Source: Opitutia bacterium (lineage in GTDB: Bacteria > Verrucomicrobiota > Verrucomicrobiia > Opitutales > T3Sed10-336). Taken from it: a stretch of DNA of 64,000 bases. The notes beneath the pieces were generated by a model. The model saw only the letters and a program-made list of their open reading frames with translations. It was not told the DNA's origin and searched no databases. The position numbers and the translations under genes were made by a program. Position 1 is the stretch's first letter. The number at the start of each line of letters is the position of its first letter. Positions 21,028 through 29,554 of this stretch are shown here, piece by piece. The stretch spans positions 1 to 64,000 of the forward strand of contig JBJHCF010000011.1 in NCBI GenBank assembly GCA_050506795.1, read 5' to 3'.

Positions 21028-21080
21028 AAAAAAAAATCATCCGATCTGTAACGGATGACCGGGCTTTGTTTCTTGCAGTG
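21028..21080 (+). promoter_or_regulatory. Candidate ECF promoter/hairpin upstream of the RHS-like gene
   Basis: A9 tract (21028-21036), then TCATCCG/CGGATGA inverted repeat around TGTAAC (21047-21052), an ECF-like -35 element. Confidence 0.3.
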
Positions 21081-21094
21081 GTAGGACGGCCTAT

Positions 21095-23452
21095 GTGCCG
21101 GCCACTCATTTATCACTCGAACGAAACAAAGCCGGCGAAACAGTGAACGAACGGTCATCTCCCAGGAAACATCCCGCTGACGACGATGAGAAAAAGAGTG
21201 CGTTCGAAGAGGACGACGCGGCCGGCACCTATGATTTTCCGTTTCCGGAAATAATGAGTGGCAGCGGGAGCAGCTCGAGCAGCTCGAGCAGCTCGGGGAG
21301 TTCGAGCAGCTCGGGGAGTTCGAGCAGTTCAAGCGGGGGCAGTTCGTCGTCGAGTTCATCATCTTCTTCGAGCTCATCGAGTTCATCGAGTTCGAGTTCC
21401 TCCTCGTCCAGTTCTTCGGAGGAGGACTCGGGTGACCCTTCGTTGTCACGCAGTTCGAGTGAACCGCGTGAGCATCCTCCTTTCGCGAATGAGGAGGGGG
21501 CCGGAGATGAACCCATGCGGTATGCCAGCGGGCGAATCGGTTACCAGGTTCCGGGAATTGCGACCTCCGGTTTGGGATCGGCCTGGGGACACACCCTCAG
21601 CTACAGCAATCGCCCGGATGGTTTGAGCACGGGCTTCAACGGCGAGCACTGGGCTGTGAACGAGCTGCCTCGCCTGGTGGAGAAGCACGATGGGGAGAGC
21701 CTGGCCCTGGTGAGAGGCTCCTCCACGGTGTTGTGGTTTGATCGGAGCCATGGTGAATATCACCCTCGGTATTACGATCACGACCGCCTCGAACACGACT
21801 CGGAGGCTCGGGAGTTCGTGCATATCGCCGAAGACGGCCGGCGGACTCGATTTTATGATTTTTCGGTAGTGCCCTTAAGGCGAGGCCTGTTGAAGGGATT
21901 TTCCGATCCGGCCGGACACGAGGGGGTGGTCGGGTATGATCGCGAGGATCGGCTGGTGTTTGTCAATTTGACCGGCGAAGGTGAGCCGTCCGGCGAACGT
22001 TATGAGTATGTGTACGAAAATGGCGGCGCGAACGAGGGTAGGCTGAAAAGCGTGACCTGCGAGGCTGGCGGCGAATTGATGCGGCGCAGTTTTTTCGAGT
22101 ACTACGAAGGATCTGTTGGAGCGCCCCGTCCCGGATCGGAGGCGGGTGCGGCTGAACCGGCGAAAGGAGAGGTGGGTGATTTGAAGCGGGTGACCTTGCA
22201 GGCGCGAAAGAACGGACACTGGGTGACGATGGATCAGTACTATTTTCGGTATTACACGAGTTGGAATCCTCCGGGGGTGCCTCACGGGATCAAATTCGTG
22301 GTGGAGCCGGAAGCTTATAAGCGGATGGTGTCGGATTCGATCGACCCTGAGGAGGCGCCGGACTGGCAACTGGCGCAGTACGCGGATTATTACTTTGAAT
22401 TCGACGATTTCGGTCGGGCGGTGGTGGAAGAAGTGATGGGGGGAAGTCACCGCTATACCTTCGAACGCACCCGCAGCGAATTCCATCCTGCTTCCGGAGA
22501 TTACAATCAGTGGGTGATGAAGACGGTGGAAACACTGCCTGAGGGCCACCGCAACATCGTCTTCACCAACCGGGCGGGGCAGATGATGTTGAAGGTCTTC
22601 AAGTCGGAGGACGCGACGAAGCAGTGGTGCCTGTACCGGCGGTACGACGGGAAGGCGAGGACGGTGCTCGAGGCCGAGTCGTCGGCGTTTCGCCAGGTCG
22701 GGGGGCGGTTCTACGACGAAAACGAAGCCGATTTGGTAGGGTTCGATGCCACTAACGGAACCGCCCGGTTTCTGCGGGATATCCAGAAGGTGTCGCGGCT
22801 GGATTCTGGAAACGAGACAATCCAGATCAACAGGCGGACGACCGACCGCAAAGACACCGATGAGCAGGATAATTTAGTTGTGCGTACCGAGACCCTCTAT
22901 GATTCGCGCGGACGTGTTTACCTGCGCAGTCATTATACGTTGGAGGATGACGTTCTCGTAAAGGCATTGGAGGAGAGGATTTGGTTCGATGCTGAGGGTA
23001 GTGAGATAAAGCGGGTACGTGAAGGCAGATGGGAGTATGAGGAGACCCGGCACGACGGGTTGGGGCGTGTGGTCAAAAACTATGTTTGCCTCAACCCGTC
23101 GAAGCTGGATGACAAAGCGATTTTTTCAGATTGCGGTTTCGATCAGAACGAAACCACCGAAATGACCTGCCCCGGCGGCAGTGGACCCCATAATTATTTT
23201 GGCGTTGAAACCGGCGCTGACAAGAATCTCGACCGGTCGCTTCGGATGCGCCGGGACGAGACCGCCCTTGCGGACAACCGTTACCCCGGTAAGGAGCGAG
23301 GGGTGATAGCCGATTCCTCCAGTGAACCGGAGATCGAGCACACCCGCGTCTCCTCCGGACAAAGCGGCGAGGCCGGCGGCCCCTACGTCGGTCTCGACCG
23401 CTACAGTCGGATGGGAATCATTGTGTTCACGAGTTGTGGGCAATTGGAGTAA
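21095..23452 (+). CDS. YD/RHS-repeat-like protein with poly-Ser tract, apparently internally deleted and lacking RHS core and toxin tip
   Basis: PMRYASG..GSAWGHTLSYSN (DUF6531-like); YD-like turns FDDFGR, YDGKAR, YDSRGR, HDGLGR, GLDRYSR; no PxxxxDPxG motif. Start codon uncertain. Confidence 0.72.
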   Translation: MPATHLSLERNKAGETVNERSSPRKHPADDDEKKSAFEEDDAAGTYDFPFPEIMSGSGSSSSSSSSSGSSSSSGSSSSSSGGSSSSSSSSSSSSSSSSSSSSSSSSSSEEDSGDPSLSRSSSEPREHPPFANEEGAGDEPMRYASGRIGYQVPGIATSGLGSAWGHTLSYSNRPDGLSTGFNGEHWAVNELPRLVEKHDGESLALVRGSSTVLWFDRSHGEYHPRYYDHDRLEHDSEAREFVHIAEDGRRTRFYDFSVVPLRRGLLKGFSDPAGHEGVVGYDREDRLVFVNLTGEGEPSGERYEYVYENGGANEGRLKSVTCEAGGELMRRSFFEYYEGSVGAPRPGSEAGAAEPAKGEVGDLKRVTLQARKNGHWVTMDQYYFRYYTSWNPPGVPHGIKFVVEPEAYKRMVSDSIDPEEAPDWQLAQYADYYFEFDDFGRAVVEEVMGGSHRYTFERTRSEFHPASGDYNQWVMKTVETLPEGHRNIVFTNRAGQMMLKVFKSEDATKQWCLYRRYDGKARTVLEAESSAFRQVGGRFYDENEADLVGFDATNGTARFLRDIQKVSRLDSGNETIQINRRTTDRKDTDEQDNLVVRTETLYDSRGRVYLRSHYTLEDDVLVKALEERIWFDAEGSEIKRVREGRWEYEETRHDGLGRVVKNYVCLNPSKLDDKAIFSDCGFDQNETTEMTCPGGSGPHNYFGVETGADKNLDRSLRMRRDETALADNRYPGKERGVIADSSSEPEIEHTRVSSGQSGEAGGPYVGLDRYSRMGIIVFTSCGQLE
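21257..21418 (+). repeat. Low-complexity Ser/Gly tract (48 Ser + 6 Gly)
   Basis: 54 codons using all six Ser codons (agt, agc, tcg, tca, tct, tcc). Confidence 0.95.
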
Positions 23453-23590
23453 AGAATCGCTCGAAGGTTTCAGGAGTCTGTTGGGTTTCGCCGCCGGCCT
23501 CCTATGAGAGGAAATATCACGACAATCCGGGCGGGAATTTGCCTGGGGATCGATTGGTGGGGCTTCGGGAAAAGCTTGAGCAAATAGGCA

Positions 23591-24541
23591 ATGGATACTC
23601 GAAACCGAATGTGGGAGACCCCCACCGCAGAAACGAAGGATGTTGAGGACGTCCTTGCCTTGCAAGCGGTGCAGGTTCGCTATGAAGGTCGCCAACGGCA
23701 ACGAAACCGCTATCCGCAATCGGATCCGGTCTTCTTTACCGACGATCAGCGTCCATTGTGGCTGGGAGACCTTTTCCGGGGACGATCAGCCTTTCTCATC
23801 GCTGGTGGGCCGTCGTTTGCCGGATTGGACCATTCGTGTCTGAGACAACCCGGAATATTGACTGTCGGTTTAAATAACGCGGTGAAGAGTTTTCGGCCAA
23901 ACCTTTGGATCTCGGTGGACTCGCCGGACCATTTTGTGCGTTCCGTCTGGTTGGATCCTTGCATTATGAAATTTGCTCCGATTTGCCACGCGGAGAAGCT
24001 TATATTCAACAGCGACTCCTGGCGCTTCATGGATACACGGGCGGAAGATTGTCCCAATGTCGTCTTTTTCCGCCGAAACGAACGATTCATCGCGTCAGAG
24101 TTCCTCTGGGAGGAAAGCGTTAACTGGGGGAGCCACAAGAAATACGGCGGGGGGCGATCCGTGATGCTGGCCGCGCTGCGGATTTTGTTTATTTTGGGAA
24201 TCAGAATCGTCTATTTGTTGGGTGTGGACTTTCGCATGAACGCAACCGTCAAGTACCACTTTTCCCAGGAACGGAGAAAAGGTTCGATCGAAGGTAACAA
24301 TTCCACCTACAGGAAATTACAGGAGCGATTCGCCGAGTTGAGGCCGCTTTTCGAGAAGGAGGATTTTCATGTCTATAACTGTAATCCGCACAGCAGCCTG
24401 AAGGTCTTTGACTACGTGTCTTATGAGGAGGCGGTTCGGCGCAGTCTGGCGGAATTCGATTTTGTCGATACTGAAAGGGAACGGACGGAGGGACTGTATG
24501 ATACCAGCACTGAAGATAAACGGGCAGGAAAAGGTAATTGA
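23591..24541 (+). CDS. DUF115/Maf (MptE-like) fold putative glycosyltransferase
   Basis: AFLIAGGPSF, TVGLNNA, WISVD, SVMLAALRILFILGIRIVYLLGVDF, VYNCNPHSSL. Confidence 0.7.
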   Translation: MDTRNRMWETPTAETKDVEDVLALQAVQVRYEGRQRQRNRYPQSDPVFFTDDQRPLWLGDLFRGRSAFLIAGGPSFAGLDHSCLRQPGILTVGLNNAVKSFRPNLWISVDSPDHFVRSVWLDPCIMKFAPICHAEKLIFNSDSWRFMDTRAEDCPNVVFFRRNERFIASEFLWEESVNWGSHKKYGGGRSVMLAALRILFILGIRIVYLLGVDFRMNATVKYHFSQERRKGSIEGNNSTYRKLQERFAELRPLFEKEDFHVYNCNPHSSLKVFDYVSYEEAVRRSLAEFDFVDTERERTEGLYDTSTEDKRAGKGN

Positions 24542-25901
24542 AGGAATCGATCTCAAGGATACTTTCGATCAGGTCTGGGTAATCAACCTGAAGCGGCGTC
24601 CGGAGAGACTCGAACGGTTTTGGGCAGAGCTGGAGAAAGGAGAATGGCCTTTCCGGACCCCGAAGGTGTTCGCGGCGATTGACGGCGCGAAGGTGGGCGT
24701 GCCCCGGTATTGGCGTACCGGCGCCGGCAGTTACGGTTGCCTTCGGTCACACATGTCTCTGCTGGAGCGGGCGATCATGGACGAGGTTGGCTCGATTCTG
24801 GTTCTTGAGGACGACGCGGTTTTCCGGCCCGGTTTTAAGGACGACGTGACTCGATTTCTGCGGGAAGTGCCGGAGGATTGGCAGTGTCTTATGCTGGGCG
24901 GGCAGCACGTCAATTCCTTTCCCATTCCGCTGGGTGGAGGAGTGGTTCGGGCGGGAGGTGGAGGCGGCATTCACCGGACGCATTGTTATGGGTTGCGCGG
25001 GATGGAGGTGATGAAGGCTTTATACAAGGTCTGGGCGAATTCGGCGGTGCATTGCGACTGGGTAATGGGACCCAGCATGGCAAGATTCAAGACCTATGCT
25101 CCCGATCCCTTCCTGGTGGGGCAGGCAGAGGGCAAGAGCGACATTTCCGGAGGAATGAATCCGGCCAAGTTCTGGCGACCGCCCAGCGGAACGGAACCGG
25201 TGGTGATCCTTCATGCTCCGAGGGAGGTGATGGAGTCTTTAAGGGCGCGAGGATTTCATACCGGCTACAGCCGCGACCCGGCGACGGGAGTCGATACCGG
25301 GCTGCGCGATCTGTTTCGAAAGAAGAAACTGTCCGAGGCCAAGCGGAATCAACGTTTGCAGGATTGGATCCGGATGATCCAGTGGGAAGCGCTGTCGATG
25401 ACCGAGCCGGGGGTGTGCACGATCTGGCATCATGAAGTCACGGTTGAAATGGTGAAACCTTTGGTGCGCGGCCGTGTTGTGGAGGTATTGGCCGGAACAT
25501 TGACGGAAGCTCTGGCTCAAATTCCGGATGATCTTCATGAAGGCGTGGACGAACGAATCCGTGTGGCCCTGGTTCGAGCGGAACGCAAGGTGGTCGAGGC
25601 ATTGCGAAAACAGGGATGGCACAACGGATATTGGATCAATCCGAAAACCGGCCGGGATCGCGGGGTGGAGCGGATTCTTAAGGTCGCCCCGGATCGGAAG
25701 GCCTGCGGGGCGGGCTTGCGGTGTGTCGCGCGGACTTTGTTCGACGAAGCCGCCCGGTTGGTGGATGGAGTCCCAATGTTCTGGCATGATGATATCACTG
25801 TCGAAATGCTCCAGGATGATGGTATTGAGGTTGTTGAAATCAATGCGGCAACCCCGGAGGAGGCCCTGGAACAGTGGAATGGAGTTTTACTTTCGCAATA
25901 G
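24498..25901 (+). CDS. Glycosyltransferase family 25 protein with two tandem copies of an unknown C-terminal domain
   Basis: VINLKRRPER, AIDG, GCLRSH, LVLEDDA, THCY. C-terminal ~110-aa duplication (G-F/W-H-x-GY..P.TG.D.G). Start uncertain. Confidence 0.82.
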   Translation: MIPALKINGQEKVIEGIDLKDTFDQVWVINLKRRPERLERFWAELEKGEWPFRTPKVFAAIDGAKVGVPRYWRTGAGSYGCLRSHMSLLERAIMDEVGSILVLEDDAVFRPGFKDDVTRFLREVPEDWQCLMLGGQHVNSFPIPLGGGVVRAGGGGGIHRTHCYGLRGMEVMKALYKVWANSAVHCDWVMGPSMARFKTYAPDPFLVGQAEGKSDISGGMNPAKFWRPPSGTEPVVILHAPREVMESLRARGFHTGYSRDPATGVDTGLRDLFRKKKLSEAKRNQRLQDWIRMIQWEALSMTEPGVCTIWHHEVTVEMVKPLVRGRVVEVLAGTLTEALAQIPDDLHEGVDERIRVALVRAERKVVEALRKQGWHNGYWINPKTGRDRGVERILKVAPDRKACGAGLRCVARTLFDEAARLVDGVPMFWHDDITVEMLQDDGIEVVEINAATPEEALEQWNGVLLSQ

Positions 25902-25999
25902 GACCGGATTTGTTACCTTCGGCGGAGCGTGCTCTTGAAGATTGAAGTAATTTTTCGACTTGTTTGTTTCTGGTAATAGTAATGGGAAGTGGGTTCAAC

Positions 26000-26727
26000 A
26001 TGAAGCGCATTGCCGAAGGGCTGGTTGTATTGGGGATCGCGGTAGCTCTTTTTTCTCCCGCGCGTGCGTCCGATGGCGAGCCGGCGGTAAGGGTCGCCCG
26101 GTTTGGCGAAGTGTTTCCACTGCTGGTAGCCGATGGAATAGCCTTTTCCGGGGAGGAGCGAGTTCCGTTCGATGTCGCGGACAATGACGTTGTTTCGGTT
26201 CCCGAACCGTCTCGTATTCCGCTTCCGCACACGGAGGGACGAGCATTCTTTGTTCGAGGAGAGGTCAATCTGGGAGGGACTTATGAGGATATGAACTTCC
26301 CACTTGATCTGGCATCGGGGTTCTCGGTTTTCGTGCGTGAGGTCGGCACCCGTACACGTATGAACTGAATCCGAACCGGATGCGAAACAAACGGAGGACC
26401 CAGGAGGGCAGAGAGGTTTACGGAATCCGTCTCCTCGAACGTTTTCCCGAACCGGCGACCGGGGAATGGCACAGCTTTTTTGTCCTGGCCACCCGGGATC
26501 GTCTGGTTTTTCAGTTCGGCGACCGGATCAGCCGCATCAACGGCCCGCTGGATATGGACGGAATAAACTCCATCGGGCTGGCGCCGGGCACCAGAGTGCG
26601 CGGACTCTCCCTGGCCTTCCTGGAAGATGACCCGATTCCGGCTTACGCGTTTCAGGTCGAACCGGAGGAGCCGTCGGAATCCCCTGGCACGATCGAAGTT
26701 TTGATCCGATTACGCACCACCCGTTGA
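26000..26727 (+). pseudogene. Secreted hypothetical protein split into two ORFs (26000-26368, 26380-26727) by a probable 1-nt frameshift
   Basis: Signal peptide MKRIAEGLVVLGIAVALFSPARA. The second frame is open from 26341 (GRHPYTYELNPNRM...), overlapping the end of the first. Confidence 0.5.
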
Positions 26728-26853
26728 GCTCGGGTGGGCGAAACTATCGTCTGGGATCGCAAGATCGATGGTGGCATTCGGGCCATCAAACTGCTGAAAC
26801 AACATGACCGCGACATCGTCGCCCCGGAAAAACCCCTGGCCGGGTTCGGATGA
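26728..26853 (+). pseudogene. C-terminal fragment of a SelT/SelW/SelH (Rdx) family protein
   Basis: Hand translation ARVGETIVWDRKIDGGIRAIKLLKQHDRDIVAPEKPL matches the Rdx C-terminal pattern W.RK.DGGFP..K.LKQ.VRD..AP; the CxxC/U half is missing. Confidence 0.65.
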
Positions 26854-26876
26854 ATTTATTGGTGATCGCCGGGGTG

Positions 26877-27317
26877 TCAGACCTTCCTGCAGTTGAAGCC
26901 GCGAGCCTCCGCCAGTGTGACCTGGTCCTTGTCTCGGGTCAGAAAGAGGTCCGGCGTGATTTGCTCCAGCAATGCGACATGAAGGAGATCCGCGCTGCGA
27001 ATACGCAAACGACTGCCAAAGGCCGCGCTCAGCTGGAGGCAGTCGCGAAACGCTTCTTCGCAAACGGTGTCGACCAGCGAAAAGGGCCCGAAGCGGTGCA
27101 AATGTCTGAAAAATCTGATCAATGCTTCCATCCGGGGCGCATCTGCCCCGGCGAGGTGGAGCTGGCGCAGACTGTTGATGGTTTCAACCTGCGACCATTC
27201 GCTGGTCAACCAGTCATCCGTGATATGTTTCCTGAACGTTTGGCGCGCGGCTTTGTGGGCGATGTCTCCTTTGTAAAGAAACGACACCAGATACGACGTG
27301 TCGGCATAGATTCTCAA
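26877..27317 (-). CDS. vapC: PIN-domain VapC toxin
   Basis: IYADTSYL, ETINS, RSADLLHVA, FLTRDKDQ..LA; TTGA overlap with the upstream antitoxin. Confidence 0.87.
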   Translation of the reverse strand: MRIYADTSYLVSFLYKGDIAHKAARQTFRKHITDDWLTSEWSQVETINSLRQLHLAGADAPRMEALIRFFRHLHRFGPFSLVDTVCEEAFRDCLQLSAAFGSRLRIRSADLLHVALLEQITPDLFLTRDKDQVTLAEARGFNCRKV

Positions 27318-27538
27318 GATTCGTCTTCCTGTAAAAACGCCAGGGTGTCGATTTCAGGAACGCCTTCACCAATCCGGTCGATCTCGGTTTCGATTTCAGT
27401 CGCCGTCAACCTGCGACGCTTGGGACGTGTGACGATCAATCCACCTTCGCGGTCCTCGACCTGGAGCGATTCCCCAGGTCGAATTGAAGTGAGCTTTGAA
27501 GGTTTTCGAGTCAGCTCCCGCTTCGTGATCTTTTTCAT
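27314..27538 (-). CDS. Antitoxin (Phd/YefM-like) paired with VapC
   Basis: 74 aa: MKKITKRELTRKPSKL...GESLQV, acidic C-terminus; translationally coupled to the PIN gene. Confidence 0.72.
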   Translation of the reverse strand: MKKITKRELTRKPSKLTSIRPGESLQVEDREGGLIVTRPKRRRLTATEIETEIDRIGEGVPEIDTLAFLQEDES

Positions 27539-27642
27539 GCTGACAATAATGACTGACGTATTTCCATGATCAAGGTAAAAGACGAAACCGGCCGGGACGG
27601 CTCCTGCCACCTCTTCCGGCATCCCGGCGTGCCGGGACGCCA

Positions 27643-28350
27643 TCACATGGCACGATCGAAGTCATGATCCGATTGCGCACCACCCGTTGATCCCGCGGTT
27701 CCGCGATCGACGACTTCTTTTCGCTTCTCACTTTCAGCCGTATGTTTCGGAAGGTGATCACGGTAATCACAGGACAAGTGAGTATCCATCGAGACGCGCC
27801 GACCGGTTGCTCCTTTCCTTTCCGACTCGGCGTGCGAGGAAGCGGACGCGAAAGGTCCCGTATAGCGTCGCCACGCGAGCCAGGGAGAGGAGGTGATGGT
27901 GTAAAAGGAAGTGAGGCTCGCCGACGGGTCCATCACGGATCGAAAATACCTGGACTGACTCCTGCTCAGCTTGGCGCGAATCCAGTTGATCATCCTGTGG
28001 ATCGCGCGGCGACGGATCAGCCAGCTTTCGAAGCGCCGTTTTCCCGGGAAATTCAACAGCATGATGCCGACCAGGATCGTCATGGCCCCTTGCCCGGGCA
28101 GCACCAGCATCGCCAATCCTCCAAGGAGGAGGATTCCGCCCAGAAGGTTCTTCGCGCCCAATAATGCCAGGGGCCATTCCCGCCGAAGTCCGGGCCAAAG
28201 AGGAACCTCTTCTCGAACGAAATAATCCGCCGGCATCCGGACGATCAGGAGCGGGATGACAACCAACGTCGCCAGAAAGACGACAACACTCGCTCCCGAG
28301 ATCGACACGATCAGGGTTTCGTTAGCTTTGAGCCAATCGATCAATGCCAC
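27643..28350 (-). CDS. PGPGW-like membrane protein with atypical long C-terminal extension
   Basis: PADYF, KNLLG.ILLLGGLAMLVLPGQG, FPGKRRFE, INWIRAK; GTG start at 28350 after a GGAGG RBS. Confidence 0.72.
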   Translation of the reverse strand: MALIDWLKANETLIVSISGASVVVFLATLVVIPLLIVRMPADYFVREEVPLWPGLRREWPLALLGAKNLLGGILLLGGLAMLVLPGQGAMTILVGIMLLNFPGKRRFESWLIRRRAIHRMINWIRAKLSRSQSRYFRSVMDPSASLTSFYTITSSPWLAWRRYTGPFASASSHAESERKGATGRRVSMDTHLSCDYRDHLPKHTAESEKRKEVVDRGTAGSTGGAQSDHDFDRAM

Positions 28351-28376
28351 ACCTCCGCTTCGACCCGGGTGAACTA

Positions 28377-29372
28377 TTAACTTGTCTCCTCGTCCGCCTC
28401 GTATGCGAGGCCCCAGGGCTTTCGCACCGCGTCGAGGGTTTCCATGATGGCGAGGGTTTCGTCGAGCGGCATGACCGGGCTTTCCAGTTCTCCGGCGCGC
28501 AGGCAGCGCATGGCTTCGTTGGCTTCGTGCTGCATGCCGCGGCCGGAACTTTTGTCGGTGAAGGTTTCCTCCATGCCGTCGAGGCGGGTGAGTTTGGCTT
28601 CCCTCGCGCTGAAAAAAGAGGGGACCTGGATCTTGCCTTCTTCGCCAATGATCAGGGCTTCGCTGTTGAGGGGCAGGCGCACGGCGTTGGTGAGGGAGGC
28701 CATGGCGCCGTCGCCGTAGTCGAAGATGGCGGTGTACCACTCGTCCACTCCGGTTTCGCCCAGGCGGGCGGCGCTTTCGATGCGCTCCGGTTGGCGTCCG
28801 AAGACCCAGGAGGCGAAGGAGAACGGGTATATGCCGGTGTCGAGCAGGGCGCCGCCGCCCAGTTTTTTGTCCAGGAGACGATCCTTCGGATTCCAGGGGA
28901 GGCGGAAGCCGAAGTCGGCTTTGAGCATCTGCACCTTGCCGATGGCGCCTTCGTTGATCCAGGCCTTCACTTTGCGCGGGGCGGGCAGATACCGGGTCCA
29001 CATGGCCTCCATGAGGAACAGTTTGCGCTCGCGCGCCTCGGCGATGATTTTCCGCGCCTCGGCGGCGTTCATGGTGAACGGCTTTTCGCAGAGAACCGCT
29101 TTGCCCTCGCGCAGACAGGCCAACACGTTCTCCCGGTGTTGGGGATGGGGCGTGGCGACGTAAACGATGTCCACCTCGGGGTCGGCCGCCAGGGACTCGT
29201 AATCGGCGTGGACGTTCGGAATGTCGTGCTCCCTGGCGAAGGCTTCCGCCCGCTCGCGGGAGCGGGAGCCGACAGCCTGAATGACGGCCTGGTCGGCGAA
29301 TTTCAGGTCGGCGGCGAACTGTTGGGCGATTCTTCCGGGGGCCAGGATGCCCCAGCGTATGGATTGGCTCAT
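28377..29372 (-). CDS. Gfo/Idh/MocA family oxidoreductase
   Basis: IRWGILAPGRIA, VYVATPHPQH, VLCEKP, LMEAMWTRY, GGGALLDTGIY. Confidence 0.93.
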   Translation of the reverse strand: MSQSIRWGILAPGRIAQQFAADLKFADQAVIQAVGSRSRERAEAFAREHDIPNVHADYESLAADPEVDIVYVATPHPQHRENVLACLREGKAVLCEKPFTMNAAEARKIIAEARERKLFLMEAMWTRYLPAPRKVKAWINEGAIGKVQMLKADFGFRLPWNPKDRLLDKKLGGGALLDTGIYPFSFASWVFGRQPERIESAARLGETGVDEWYTAIFDYGDGAMASLTNAVRLPLNSEALIIGEEGKIQVPSFFSAREAKLTRLDGMEETFTDKSSGRGMQHEANEAMRCLRAGELESPVMPLDETLAIMETLDAVRKPWGLAYEADEETS

Positions 29373-29554
29373 GAAGAAGAGATTGAGCGCACCCGCCGAA
29401 GCCGAGTCAAGCGGTCTCGGTCCGCAAGAAGATTCGCCTGTTCGGTCCGACCGGTTCCTCGTTGTCCTGCACCACGATAGGGTTGTTGAAAAACCGTGAT
29501 GCGAGCGGGTTGCGCCCATTCGCAGTCTTCGAATTTCGGGCCCGGGCAATGAAG

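Noticed and set aside
26725..26727. TGA as selenocysteine
   Set aside because: Not in a CxxU context and not at the Sec position of Rdx proteins.
29478..29495. TAGGGTTGTTGAAAAACC, resembling an IS/MITE end
   Set aside because: No partner inverted repeat or target duplication found nearby.
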